DNA of 58,930 nt from Candidatus Rokuibacteriota bacterium (GCA_044866005.1 JBIOTN010000156.1:1-58930); one strand, 5' to 3'; counted from the stretch's first letter, positions 41,288-51,273 are shown. Translations and numbers: made by a program. The notes: generated from the sequence alone by a model not told the origin.

Positions 41288-41329
41288 GGGGGTGGCGGTA
41301 TCTTACCGCGGCGCGGGGGGCCCGTGCCT

Positions 41330-41422
41330 GCCGAAAGTTCCGCCAGGCCCGGCGGCGAATCCCCGGCGGCCCGGCCGTAACCCACTGATATTGCTCGTCT
41401 CTCTCCTGGCACTCCCGTTGCT
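41330..41422 (+). promoter_or_regulatory. Sigma54 promoter with IHF site and candidate enhancer
   Basis: TGGCACTCCCGTTGCT at 41407-41422 (GG-N10-GC). Minus-strand TATCAGTGGGTTA at 41390-41378 fits IHF WATCARNNNNTTR. GCCGAAAGTTCCGCCA at 41330-41345. Confidence 0.8.
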
Positions 41423-41503
41423 CTCCTTCGAGGTATGGTCGTCGAGGGGCTCTGCCGGATGGCAACGGAAGCCGAAGGACAGGCAGAGGGGGGAGGACCG
41501 AAG

Positions 41504-42052
41504 ATGGATCTGCGAGAGGGGAGCACCGACAAGCGCGGGTGGAATCTCCAGAGCCTGGTGGCCCTGGCGCTCATCTTCGTCGCCTTCAGGCTGGCGGACG
41601 TCGCGCCGAGCCAGGCCGGCTCCATGGAGCGGCCCCGCGAGGCCGCGTGGACGGCTCACGTGCGCGCGGTGGACGACGCGCTCGTCTCCGGCAACATCGG
41701 CGCGGCCGAGCGCGCGGCGCACGAGGCGTACCTCGTCGCCCTGGCCAGCTGGCGCTGGGACGGCCTCGTGGACGTGGCTGGCGCGTACCTGCGGATCGGG
41801 CAGCTCTCGGGCCTCCGCCAGCCGGCCGAGGCCAAGGCGCGCAATCTCTACCTGACGGCGCTCTTCCGCGCCCGGCAGCAGGACTCGCTCGACGGCGTCC
41901 TCCGCGCCGCCGAGGCCTTCGCCGCGCTGGGCGACCGCGACGTAGCCGAGCGCTGCCTGCGCATCGCCCACGCCATCGCCGCCGAGGCACGCGACGCCGA
42001 GGGCTCCGCCCGCGTGGAGACCATGACCGCGCGGCTGGTGGTCGAATACTGA
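41504..42052 (+). CDS. Hypothetical helical protein with N-terminal signal or TM anchor
   Basis: RBS GGAGG, hydrophobic LVALALIFVAF, and Ala-rich TPR-like helices (YLTALFRARQQDSLDGVLRAAEAFAALGD). Confidence 0.75.
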   Translation: MDLREGSTDKRGWNLQSLVALALIFVAFRLADVAPSQAGSMERPREAAWTAHVRAVDDALVSGNIGAAERAAHEAYLVALASWRWDGLVDVAGAYLRIGQLSGLRQPAEAKARNLYLTALFRARQQDSLDGVLRAAEAFAALGDRDVAERCLRIAHAIAAEARDAEGSARVETMTARLVVEY

Positions 42053-42081
42053 GCCCCACGGGGTTGGCCGGGCGGTCTCTG

Positions 42082-42894
42082 TCACGGGCCGCCCGTGCCC
42101 CCCAGGAAGTCGAGGCACGCCGCATTGAAGGCCTGGGGCGTCTCCCAGAAGTAGGCGTGGCCCCCTTCCGGGATGACCGCCAGGCGAGCCCCCGGGACGA
42201 GGCCCGCGAGCTCGCGCGCGAAGCGCACCGGCGTCAGGATGTCCTCGCTCCCGACCGTCACGAGCGTGGGACAGCGGAGCTCGGCGAGACGGCTCCGCGT
42301 GTCGTGGCCGAGCGCGGCCTCGGCCTGGCGCAGGTACCCGTGGAGCGGCTGTGGGTACGGATGCGCGAGCGTGCGCTGGACGATCAGCTCGACGAAGTCC
42401 GGCCGGCGCGCGTAACAGGCGGGAGTGAAGAACCAGGGCAGGAGCCCGCGTGAGAACTCTTCCCGACCGAGCCGCTGCCGCGCGACGCGCTGCGCCTCGA
42501 CCACCGCGCGGCCATACGGGTCGAGCGCCGCCCAGGTGCAGTGGAGCTGGAGGCTTGCGACACGGTGCGGCGCCGCGAGCGCCGCCTCCTGGGCGATCGC
42601 GCCGCCCAGGGAGATCCCGAGGACGTGGGCCCGCGCCACGCCGAGCGCGGCGAGGAGCCCGAGCAGATCGCCCGCCATCGCCGCGGTCGTGTACGGCACG
42701 TCCGGCGCCTCGCTCCGTCCCGCGCCCCGATTGTCGAAGAGCAGGCAGCGGTGCAACGGGGCGAAGGCCGGGAGCTGGAGCCCCCACGCCGTCGTGTCCC
42801 CGCCGAGCCCCATGACGAGCACGAGCGGCGCCCCGGTCGCCTCCCCGTGCCACTCGTAATACATCCGAAGCCCGCTGACGGTGGCGAAGGGCAC
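42082..42894 (-). CDS. Alpha/beta hydrolase (enol-lactonase-like)
   Basis: DNRGAGRS, GISLGG nucleophile elbow, GSED and GGH motifs. Confidence 0.9.
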   Translation of the reverse strand: MPFATVSGLRMYYEWHGEATGAPLVLVMGLGGDTTAWGLQLPAFAPLHRCLLFDNRGAGRSEAPDVPYTTAAMAGDLLGLLAALGVARAHVLGISLGGAIAQEAALAAPHRVASLQLHCTWAALDPYGRAVVEAQRVARQRLGREEFSRGLLPWFFTPACYARRPDFVELIVQRTLAHPYPQPLHGYLRQAEAALGHDTRSRLAELRCPTLVTVGSEDILTPVRFARELAGLVPGARLAVIPEGGHAYFWETPQAFNAACLDFLGGTGGP

Positions 42895-42931
42895 GATGGG
42901 GGAGTGCGGTGACGCCGAACGCGTGCCCGGC

Positions 42932-45900
42932 TCAGGGTGGGGGCGGTACGGCCTCCACGGCGAGCGCCCGCGCCGCGGCCCCCGGGATCCCGATCATCGC
43001 GAAGAGCTCGTCGACGCGGGCCCGGTGTGTGCGCGCGGCCTCCGGGCGCCCGTGGGCCTGGGCGAGCAGGGCCAGGTCGCCGTGGGTGACGCCGGCGTCG
43101 GCAACGGAGCCGATCGCCTCGAAGGTCCGAAGCGCCTCGGCGAAGCGGGCCTCGGCCTCGGGGCCGTCGCCGCGGTCCCGGGCCAGCCGGCCGAGCACGC
43201 GCTCGGCCCACGCCACGCCGTAGAGCGAGCCCGCCCGCCGCGTCGTGTCCGCGGCTCGCCGCGCCAGCTCCAGCGCCTCGCCTCCGCGCCCGGTGCGCCG
43301 ATACGCCTCCGCCAGGAGCGCGGTGAACAAGCCCTCGAGCTGCGGGAAGCGGAACTGGCCCAGGCGGCGAACCGCGTCGTCCAGGTGGGGAATCGCCGCG
43401 GCGAGGTCGCCGCGCTCCAGGTGCGTGTAGCCGAGCCAGCCGGCCGCGGTCGCCGCGTTCAACGGATCGGGCGAGTACTCGAGGGCGCGCGTGCAGTGCA
43501 CGATCGCAGCGTCCCAGCTCCCGGTCGCCGCGAGCACGGCGCCCGTCGCCCACGCGGCCGACCCCAGGACGTGAGGGTCACCGACGGCCTCGCCGATCGC
43601 CGTGGCTCGCGCCTGTGCCTCCAGCGCGGGCCCGAACTCGCTCCGAAGCCCGTGGTTCAGCCCGAGGGCCCAGTACGCGGTGCCGAGCCATCCTTGCTCG
43701 CCCGTGCGCGTGAGGAGCCTGACCGCCTGCCGGCCGTGCTCCAGGCCCTCGCGGGACCGTCCGGAGAGGGCGGCCTGCTGGGCCAGGAGATAGTGGATCT
43801 TCCCCAGCGTCGCGTCGTCGCCCGAGCGCGTCGCCTCGGCGAGGCCCCGCTCGGCGCTCTCGGTGGCGCGCGCGTCGTCGCCGAGGAAGAGATGGCTCCG
43901 GCTCAGCAGGAAATAGTAGTGGCCGGCGATGGCCGGGTCTGCGAGCCGGTCGAGGGCCGCGCGGTGCCGCTCGAGCAGGTCCACGACCTCCTGCAAGCGG
44001 CCGAGCAGGATCAGGGAGTAGGCCTGGTGCAGGACGAGGGTGAGCCGCCGCCGATCCCCCTCGGCCTCCGGCAGCCGGTCGACGTGGCCGAGCGCCTCCT
44101 CGACGATCGAGATGGTCTCCAGATGGGCGTGACTCCCGACCGCCCGCTCCGCGAGCCGCGTCAGGTAGTCGATGGCTTTGCCCGCCTCACCCGCGCGCGA
44201 GTAGTGGTAGCCGAGCCGCGCGTAGACCTCGTCGAGGCGGCCGGCATAGGCGGCTTCCAGCGCGCGGCCGACCGCGCCGTGGAGCGCCTGTCGTCGCGCG
44301 GCCGGGAGGCTCTCGTACGTGACCTCCTGCGTGAGCGTGTGGAGGAAGGCGTACACCGGCTCCGTCCCGCCGCTCGACGGGAACAGGAAGTCGAGCCGCG
44401 TCAGCTCGCGGAGGGGACGCTCGAGGTCGCCGGGCCCTTCCCAGATCGCGCGGAGGAGCGGCACGGGCACCTCCCGCCCGATCACCGAGGCCGTCTCGAG
44501 CAGCCGCTTCGGCGCCTCGGCGAGGCGATCGACCCGGGCCAGGACGACCTCCTGGATCGTCTCCGGCACGGCCATGGGCGGGCGGAGCTCGTCCGGGGTG
44601 CGGACCGCGCGGGCCAGCTCCTCGATGAAGAACGGGTTCCCCTCGGCGCGCTGGACGATGACGCGCGCCAGGCGGTCGGGGACGTCGTCCTGCTGGAGCA
44701 CCGAGCGCACGACGGTCAGGCTCGCCTCCGGCGTCAGCGGCGGGAGCGCCACCTGGGTGGCGTAGGCCCGGTCGACCCAGGGCGGCCGGTAGCCGGGGCG
44801 GTAGGTCGCGAGGATCATCGCGGGGGCGGCGGCCATGCTCTCCATCAACGAGGCGAAGCACTCCTCCGACGTCGCGTCGATCCAGTGGAGGTCCTCGATG
44901 ACGAACACGATGGGCCGCCGCCGGCTGCCGCTGAGGCACATCTGCCGCAACGCCTCGAACGTCCGGACCTTGATCGCGCCCGGGGTCAAGTCGGCCAGGC
45001 GTTCGGTCCCCTCCTTCACGCCGAGGATCTGCAGGAGATAGGGCGCCCACTCGTCGGGCGCCATCCCGACCTCCGTCAGCCCCGCGCGGACCTTCTCGGT
45101 GATCTCGTCGGGGCCGTCGAGCTCGGTGACGCGGAAGTTCTGCCGGAGGATGTCGAGCACGGGCAGGTAGGGGATCGCGCTCCCGTAGGAATGGCAGCGC
45201 CCTTCCAGGTACGTCACGCGCAGGTCCTGGAGCGCGCGGCGGAACTCGAAGAGCAGGCGGGACTTCCCGATGCCGGCCTCCCCCAGGATGCCGACCGCCT
45301 GGCCGTGCCCGCGCATGGCCCGCTCCAGCCGGCTCTGCAGGAGCTCGAGCTCCTGGCCCCGCCCGACGAAGGTGGCCATGCGCCGGCCGAGTCCCCAGTC
45401 CGGCCGCTCGCCCGGCGCCAGCCGGTACGTCGCGCCCCGCGGCGACGCCGACGGCCCCGTCGGGACAAGCGGGACGTGACGCTCGAGGAAGGGGACCGCC
45501 GCCTCGCTCACCACGATGGCATCGGGCTCGGCCTCGGCCATCAGCGCCTCGAGAAGCCCCCACGCCTGCCGTTTGCTCTCGAGATCGAGCTGCGCCTCCC
45601 CGCGCGCCTGCCCGACGAGGAACGGGCCGACGTGGATGGCGAGCCTCACGGGTAGCGCGGCGGTGTCCTCGCGGCGCGCGCGCTCCGCCGCCTTCTGGAT
45701 CGCCATGGCGGCATGCGCGGCGCAGCGCGGCGCGTCTTCCACCGGCTCGACGCCGAATGCCGCGACCATTCCCGTGGGTCCGAGCTCTTCGACACGTCCG
45801 CCGAAGCTCCGGACTTTCTCCGCGATGACCTCGATCACCCGGCTCGGGTAGAGCCGCGGGTCGCTGGGGGGCGGCAGGACCAGCGCGACCTGCAGGAGGG

Positions 45901-47002
45901 CGAGCCGCCGTCGGTCCCAGCGGACGGCGGCCGGCGGTGCGTCGGTCCGGCCACGCGCCGTCGCGGCGGGCGGCGCCGCCGGCCGAGGCGCGCGCCGGGC
46001 CGCCGGCGGGACCGCAGCGCCTTCGCGCCCGAGCCCGTGCTTCGTGATCCGGTACCGGAGGGTGTCGCGGGAGATGCCGAGGCGCGCCGCGGCCCGCGTG
46101 ACGTTCCCGCCCGTCTCGCGGAGCGCCTGGAGCAGGTGCTCCCGCTCGACCGCGCCCAGCGCGTCCTCGAGGGACGGGGCCTCGTCGGCCGGCACCGGCG
46201 CCGTCTCCGGCGACGGGACCCCGGTCGGCGTCCCGAGCGCGAGCGCCTCCGCCGTGACCGCGGAGGCCTCCCAGAGCAGCGCGACCCGCTCCATCACGTT
46301 GGCGAGCTCGCGGATGTTGCCGGGCCAGGGGTAGGCGAGGAGCGCGGCCCGGGCGTCGGCGGTGAGCACCTTCGGCCGGACGTCGTAGTCCGCGCAGGCG
46401 CGCGCGAGGAAATGCTCGGCCAGCAAGAGGACGTCGCCGGCGCGCTCGCGGAGCGGCGGGAGGGCGAGGGTGACGACGGCCAGGCGGTGATAGAGGTCCT
46501 CGCGGAACCGCCCGCCGCGGGTGGCGGCCACGAGATCCTCGCTCGTCGCCGCCAGCACCCAGACGTCGGTCGGCTCGCTCCGCGTGCTGCCGAGCCGGCG
46601 GACCGCCCGCTCCTCGATCACCTTCAGGAGCTTGGCCTGGAGCCCGAGCGGGAGCAGGCCGAGCTCATCGAGGAAGATCGTTCCGCGATGCGCCGTCTGG
46701 AAGAGCCCGGCCTTCCCCTGCCGCGCGTCGGTGAACGCCCCCCGCTCGTAGCCGAACATCTCCGCCTCGAGGAGCGTCTCCGGGATCGCCGCGCAGTTCA
46801 CGTCGACGAACGGCCCGTCGGCCCGGGGACTCGCCCGATGGAGGCCGCGCGCGACGAGCCCCTTGCCGGTGCCGGTCTCGCCCTGGATGAGCACGGGAGG
46901 CAGGCGCGACCGGTCGGACTGACGCTGGAGGAGGCGGAGCATCCGCTCCTTCACCGCCAGGATGGACGGGCTCGCCCCGACGAGCTCGGCCAGGACGTCC
47001 AT
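42932..47002 (-). CDS. Sigma54 activator AAA+ / Fis-HTH / degenerate cyclase / STAND ATPase / TPR fusion, copy 2
   Basis: Same motif order as copy 1: GETGTGKG, GAFTDA, GNVTRAAARLGISRDTLRYRITK, GEAGIGKS, EDLHWID, GNPFFIEE, then TPRs. Confidence 0.92.
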   Translation of the reverse strand: MDVLAELVGASPSILAVKERMLRLLQRQSDRSRLPPVLIQGETGTGKGLVARGLHRASPRADGPFVDVNCAAIPETLLEAEMFGYERGAFTDARQGKAGLFQTAHRGTIFLDELGLLPLGLQAKLLKVIEERAVRRLGSTRSEPTDVWVLAATSEDLVAATRGGRFREDLYHRLAVVTLALPPLRERAGDVLLLAEHFLARACADYDVRPKVLTADARAALLAYPWPGNIRELANVMERVALLWEASAVTAEALALGTPTGVPSPETAPVPADEAPSLEDALGAVEREHLLQALRETGGNVTRAAARLGISRDTLRYRITKHGLGREGAAVPPAARRAPRPAAPPAATARGRTDAPPAAVRWDRRRLALLQVALVLPPPSDPRLYPSRVIEVIAEKVRSFGGRVEELGPTGMVAAFGVEPVEDAPRCAAHAAMAIQKAAERARREDTAALPVRLAIHVGPFLVGQARGEAQLDLESKRQAWGLLEALMAEAEPDAIVVSEAAVPFLERHVPLVPTGPSASPRGATYRLAPGERPDWGLGRRMATFVGRGQELELLQSRLERAMRGHGQAVGILGEAGIGKSRLLFEFRRALQDLRVTYLEGRCHSYGSAIPYLPVLDILRQNFRVTELDGPDEITEKVRAGLTEVGMAPDEWAPYLLQILGVKEGTERLADLTPGAIKVRTFEALRQMCLSGSRRRPIVFVIEDLHWIDATSEECFASLMESMAAAPAMILATYRPGYRPPWVDRAYATQVALPPLTPEASLTVVRSVLQQDDVPDRLARVIVQRAEGNPFFIEELARAVRTPDELRPPMAVPETIQEVVLARVDRLAEAPKRLLETASVIGREVPVPLLRAIWEGPGDLERPLRELTRLDFLFPSSGGTEPVYAFLHTLTQEVTYESLPAARRQALHGAVGRALEAAYAGRLDEVYARLGYHYSRAGEAGKAIDYLTRLAERAVGSHAHLETISIVEEALGHVDRLPEAEGDRRRLTLVLHQAYSLILLGRLQEVVDLLERHRAALDRLADPAIAGHYYFLLSRSHLFLGDDARATESAERGLAEATRSGDDATLGKIHYLLAQQAALSGRSREGLEHGRQAVRLLTRTGEQGWLGTAYWALGLNHGLRSEFGPALEAQARATAIGEAVGDPHVLGSAAWATGAVLAATGSWDAAIVHCTRALEYSPDPLNAATAAGWLGYTHLERGDLAAAIPHLDDAVRRLGQFRFPQLEGLFTALLAEAYRRTGRGGEALELARRAADTTRRAGSLYGVAWAERVLGRLARDRGDGPEAEARFAEALRTFEAIGSVADAGVTHGDLALLAQAHGRPEAARTHRARVDELFAMIGIPGAAARALAVEAVPPPP

Positions 47003-47043
47003 GCGCCGGGTATCTTACTCCGGTCGCGGCGTCCGGGGCCACC

Positions 47044-47158
47044 GCCGAAATTTCCCCCACCCCGGGGGGGAGCCCCCCGCCCTCACCCCGCCCCACCGGT
47101 CGCGTGCGCCGTCTAAGCCGGCGTCGTCATTCACGTTCCTGACTGGCACTCCGGTTGC
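47044..47158 (+). promoter_or_regulatory. Sigma54 promoter with candidate enhancer
   Basis: TGGCACTCCGGTTGC at 47144-47158 (GG-N10-GC). GCCGAAATTTCCCCCA at 47044-47059. Confidence 0.78.
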
Positions 47159-47221
47159 CCCATCGAGCCGCCGTGGGCGGGCCCGGGGGGCGCGACGCCG
47201 GGCCGGCCGGGAGGAGACGAC

Positions 47222-48385
47222 GTGACGAGCTCTCGAGCGCTTCACGCACACGAGGACCCGCGGCCCGCAGGCAGCGAGGTCGAGCCGGCCGCCGGCGCGA
47301 GGCCGAGCCGCGAGGCCGACATCTCGCCCTGGGCCGCGCGCGGCCAGCTCGTCGTCGGCGCGGTCGCGTTCGTCGCGTTGACGGTCGGGATCTTCTGGTA
47401 CCAGTTCCAGCGCATCCCGGCCGGCGAGCCGGGGCCGCGGTGGGCCGAGCTCCGCTGGGCCTATCTCGGCCTGCTCCTCCTCTGCCTGCCCGTGGAGACG
47501 CTGGCGTGCGGCGCGCGGCTCTGGGTGCTCGCCCGGGTCCTCGAGCCCGGCGTCGGTCTCTGGACCTGTATCAAGGCGGAGTGGGCGAACGTCGCGATCT
47601 CGACCCTCACGCCGTCCCAGTCCGGAGGCGGGCCCGGCCAGATCTACATCTTGAGCCGGGGCGGGGCGAGCGTCGGGACGGCGCTGACGATGAGCCTCAT
47701 CTCGTTCGTCGGCACGATGGTCGGGCTCTCCGGGATGGGCCTCTACGCCCTGCTCGTCGCCGGGACGGCCTCGCCGGGGCCGCTCTTCCGCGCAGCGGTG
47801 TGGGCGCTCACGGCGATCAGCGGCGCGATGATCGGCGCCGCGATCTGGCCCGACCCGCTCTGCCGGCTGCTCGCCCTCGCGTCCCAGGCGGTCTGGCGGC
47901 TCTCGGGCCGACGCTCTCCGCTGGAGGCCTGGCGGCTGCCGGAGCGCGTGGATCGCCTCACGGCGCATCTTGCCGAGCTCGTCCAGGGTTACGCGCGCGA
48001 CGTGCGCCGCTTCCTCCGCGCGGGCAAGGCCGCCTTCGCCTGGACCTGCCTGCTGAGCGTGGCGTTCCTCCTCGCCCGCTGTCTCCTGCCCGTCCTCTGC
48101 GCCCGGTTCCTCGGGGTCCGGACCGGCACGCTGGTCGAGATCGTCGAGGCCCAGATGGCGCTCGTGTTCCTCGTCTTCTTCGCGCCCACCCCGGGCGGGG
48201 CCGGCGTGGCCGAGGGCGCCTCGCTCTCGATCATGGCGGAGATCGTGCCCTCGGGGGTCGCGCCCTACTACACCCTGCTCTGGCGCTTCACGACCGTGTA
48301 CCTGGCCGCGATCGCCGGCCTCGTCGCCCTCGGCCGCGCGGCCCTGGACGACGCGCGCCGGCTCACCCGCCATCCCGCTTCGTGA
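47222..48385 (+). CDS. Lysylphosphatidylglycerol synthase TM / UPF0104 flippase-like membrane protein
   Basis: LTPSQSGGGP, PTPGGAGVAE and LLWRFTTVYL motifs, many TMs, RBS GGAGGAG. Confidence 0.85.
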   Translation: MTSSRALHAHEDPRPAGSEVEPAAGARPSREADISPWAARGQLVVGAVAFVALTVGIFWYQFQRIPAGEPGPRWAELRWAYLGLLLLCLPVETLACGARLWVLARVLEPGVGLWTCIKAEWANVAISTLTPSQSGGGPGQIYILSRGGASVGTALTMSLISFVGTMVGLSGMGLYALLVAGTASPGPLFRAAVWALTAISGAMIGAAIWPDPLCRLLALASQAVWRLSGRRSPLEAWRLPERVDRLTAHLAELVQGYARDVRRFLRAGKAAFAWTCLLSVAFLLARCLLPVLCARFLGVRTGTLVEIVEAQMALVFLVFFAPTPGGAGVAEGASLSIMAEIVPSGVAPYYTLLWRFTTVYLAAIAGLVALGRAALDDARRLTRHPAS

Positions 48386-48398
48386 AAGGAGGAGCGAC

Positions 48399-48989
48399 AT
48401 GGCCCTGGCCGACTACGTGATCCACCTCACCCTGAGCGTGTTCCTCATCGTCGGCGTCTACCAGTTCTACTTCTGGTGCCAGCGGCACCAGTGGACCACG
48501 CCGCGCGAGCTGCGGCTCCCCGTGGACGACGCGATCCCCTACTGGCCGGCGTGGGTCTGGGTCTACAGCTGCCTCTACTACCCGGCGATCCTCTACGCCA
48601 ACCTGGTCATCGACTCGCCCCGGGACTTCACGCACATCGCGACCAGCTACCTGGTGCTGCTCGCGTTCCAGATGGCCTTCTTCCTCGTCTTTCCCGTCGT
48701 GACCCCGGAGAGCTGGCGCGCCAGCAACGGCCGCCGGAGCTGCTCCGAGCGGTTCCTCGCGCTCGTGCAGCGCTTCGACGCCCGCTCCAACAGCTTCCCG
48801 AGCATGCATACCTCGGTCGCCATGCTGACCGCGCTCCACCTCTACCCCCGCCTCGGCGCGTGGGCGTGGACGTTCCCGGTGCTGATCGGGCTGAGCTGCC
48901 TCTTCACCAAGCAGCACTACCTGATCGACGTCCCGGCCGGCGGCGCGCTCGGGTGGGTCACCTTCGAAGTCTTCCGCCTCGCCGCGTGA
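48399..48989 (+). CDS. PAP2-superfamily membrane phosphatase/phosphotransferase (AUR1/IPC-synthase-like)
   Basis: NSFPSMH and KQHYLID catalytic motifs, TM helices, RBS AGGAGG. Confidence 0.85.
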   Translation: MALADYVIHLTLSVFLIVGVYQFYFWCQRHQWTTPRELRLPVDDAIPYWPAWVWVYSCLYYPAILYANLVIDSPRDFTHIATSYLVLLAFQMAFFLVFPVVTPESWRASNGRRSCSERFLALVQRFDARSNSFPSMHTSVAMLTALHLYPRLGAWAWTFPVLIGLSCLFTKQHYLIDVPAGGALGWVTFEVFRLAA

Positions 48990-49714
48990 GCGCGACGGTG
49001 CCCGGGATGCGGCTCGACGGCCGATGGCGTCAGGGTCTGGCGGCGCTCGCCTCGACGGGGGCGCTGCTCCTCCTCCCCGCGCTGGCGCGAGGCGGCGAGC
49101 GCCGGTTCCAGATCGACCCGGCGCAGGATCTCGCCGACCTCGCGCGACGCGGTGAGGTCGCCGTCCGGGTGGAGCGGCGCGACGGCGGCTACACGGTCGA
49201 CGCGTCGGCGGTCCTGCGGGCCGAGCTGCCGCGGCTGCTCGACGCGGCGACGGACTTCGAGCGCCACGTCGAGATGGGCATGCCGCGCCTGCGCGAGCGC
49301 CATGTGGTCGGTGCGACGCCCGGCCGGGACACGGTCTACGTCTGGAGCCGGGTGAGCGGTCTCGGTCGCACCTCTGGTCAGTACGTCGCGGTCCGCGTGC
49401 GACGGACGCTCGAACCCGCCGGCGCCGCGGGCGTCGAGTGGGAGCTGGTGCCGCGGCAGCCGGGATGGCCCTACGAGGAGACGTCGACGCTCACGCGGCT
49501 TCAGGGCTCCTGGTATCTCGCCCCGCTGCGCGACGGCCTCGTCTACATGCGCTACCGCGGGACGGCCGTCCTCGCGCCGGGCCTGGCGGATCTGCTGCCC
49601 GGCTGGCTGGTGGCCCGGGAGGTCCGCGACACGGCGCGCGCCGCCCTCGAGGCGCTGGCGCGCGAAGCCGGCGCCCGCCCCCCGCAGGCCCGCGGTGCGC
49701 TCCCCGCGGGCTGA
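48986..49714 (+). CDS. Exported START/SRPBCC-like lipid-binding protein
   Basis: Signal-like segment and START-fold pattern TDFERH..MP..., GSWYLAP, LPGWLV plus a terminal helix. Start 48986 (GTG) or 49007 (ATG). Confidence 0.6.
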   Translation: MSATVPGMRLDGRWRQGLAALASTGALLLLPALARGGERRFQIDPAQDLADLARRGEVAVRVERRDGGYTVDASAVLRAELPRLLDAATDFERHVEMGMPRLRERHVVGATPGRDTVYVWSRVSGLGRTSGQYVAVRVRRTLEPAGAAGVEWELVPRQPGWPYEETSTLTRLQGSWYLAPLRDGLVYMRYRGTAVLAPGLADLLPGWLVAREVRDTARAALEALAREAGARPPQARGALPAG

Positions 49715-49754
49715 TCCCCGGTCGCGAGCGACGACGCTCGAAAGGAGGCAGGCC

Positions 49755-50570
49755 ATGACACGACCCGGACGCGGAAGGCTCCTGACGTGGACTGCGTTCG
49801 CGCTGATCCTCGGCTCGCTCGGATGCGCCGCGCGCTCGGCGCGCGTGACCCCGCTGGCGGTCGGCCGGCCGGAGCCCCTGGGCCTGGTGGCCGGGCAGTT
49901 CACCCCGCGCGTGGTCTACCACGTGCCGCCGGCCGGCCGGGGCGCCGGAGCGGTGCGGGGCGCGGCCGCGGGATTCGCCGGGGCGCTCGGATCGGGGAAC
50001 CTCTTCCTCCTGCTCGGCGCCCCGATCGTGGCGGGCATCACGGCGGTCGAGGGCGCCATCACCGCGCGGCCGGCCGAAGAGGTCGAGCAGGCCGAAACCA
50101 CGCTCAAGCGCGCCTTCGCCGACCTGCCGCTCCACGCCGACTTGCGCGCGCGGATCGAGAGGCTGGCCCAGGCGCGGACCGGCCGCGCGCTCGTCTCGAT
50201 CGCCGAGGCCGGGCCGACCGACGCCGAGGAGCGACCCGACTACCGGCCGCTCGCCGAGCGCGGTATCGCGACCGTGGTGGAGGTGAGCGTGCCGGTGGTG
50301 GGCTTTCGGCCCGTCGGGTCGGTCGTCGGCAACCCGAGCCTCCAGCTCGTCACGGTCGGCCGCCTCCGCCTGGTGAGCGTGGCCGACGGCGGCGAGCTGG
50401 CGCGTCGCGCCTTCACGTATCAGGGCGGCACCTACAAGTTCGCCGAGTGGGCCGCGGGCGACGCGGAGCGGTTCCGGGCCGAGATCGAGCGCGCGACCGA
50501 ACAGCTCGCGTGGACTCTCGTCAAGGCGCTCTTCTGCGCGGACCCGTCGGCCGCGGCGTGCGAGGGCTGA
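49755..50570 (+). CDS. Hypothetical lipoprotein with glycine-zipper-like segment
   Basis: RBS AGGAGG, lipobox-like SLGC, and GAGAVRGAAAGFAGALG. Confidence 0.7.
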   Translation: MTRPGRGRLLTWTAFALILGSLGCAARSARVTPLAVGRPEPLGLVAGQFTPRVVYHVPPAGRGAGAVRGAAAGFAGALGSGNLFLLLGAPIVAGITAVEGAITARPAEEVEQAETTLKRAFADLPLHADLRARIERLAQARTGRALVSIAEAGPTDAEERPDYRPLAERGIATVVEVSVPVVGFRPVGSVVGNPSLQLVTVGRLRLVSVADGGELARRAFTYQGGTYKFAEWAAGDAERFRAEIERATEQLAWTLVKALFCADPSAAACEG

Positions 50571-50571
50571 C

Positions 50572-51234
50572 GTGGCGGGCGGGCTCATCACCCGGACAGG
50601 GGCCGCGCGGACGCGGGGCATCGCCGGTCGGCGCGCCGTCACGGTGTGGCTTCCCGTCCTCCTGGGCGCGAGCCTCGGCCTGGCGGGCTGCCTCGCGGTT
50701 CCTCGCTTCTACGCGGAGCCCGGGCCCCGGGCCCTCCGCCAGGCCACGGCGCGGCCGGAGACCGGCGCGCGACCGCTTCACCTGACCGTCGAGGTTCGAC
50801 TCCACAGCAACGCGGGCGCTCGGGCCAGCGAGCGGCCCCTCCAGGCCACGGTGGCCGCCCTGCTCCGCTCCGGCCGCGTCTCACGGCTCGTCGCCTCGCC
50901 GGAGGGCGTGGACCGGCTCAGGGTGGTGGTGACCCACCGGGTCGGCGCGGCGGACGTCGCCGGCGCCGTGGCGCAGGGGCTCGCCACGGGCCTGACCTTC
51001 GGGGCCATCGGCGCGCGAACCGCGGACACGTTCGTCTTCACCGCTGTCTACACGCCGGCGGGCGGCGAGCCCGTCCACAAGGAGTACCGACGAGCCGTCT
51101 ATGCGGTGTTCGGCAATCGGTCGGGGCCGAGGAGCGCGCCCGCCCTGTCGTCGTTCGACGAGGCGTTCGACCGGGTGATGGAAGCGTTCGTCCTCATGCT
51201 GCTGCACGACCTGCACACCGACGCGCGCCTCTGA
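50572..51234 (+). CDS. Hypothetical lipoprotein
   Basis: Lipobox LAGC and internal GLATGLTFGAIG. Start uncertain. Confidence 0.65.
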   Translation: MAGGLITRTGAARTRGIAGRRAVTVWLPVLLGASLGLAGCLAVPRFYAEPGPRALRQATARPETGARPLHLTVEVRLHSNAGARASERPLQATVAALLRSGRVSRLVASPEGVDRLRVVVTHRVGAADVAGAVAQGLATGLTFGAIGARTADTFVFTAVYTPAGGEPVHKEYRRAVYAVFGNRSGPRSAPALSSFDEAFDRVMEAFVLMLLHDLHTDARL

Positions 51235-51273
51235 GGCGCGGCCTCGGAAGGCGCCCCACGAGGGAGGAGAGTC

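Noticed and set aside
37187..47002. Avs-type anti-phage defence call for the STAND proteins
   Set aside because: No nuclease, TIR, SIR2 or protease effector and no defence-island neighbours. The evidence supports transcriptional signalling, and the trigger is unknown.
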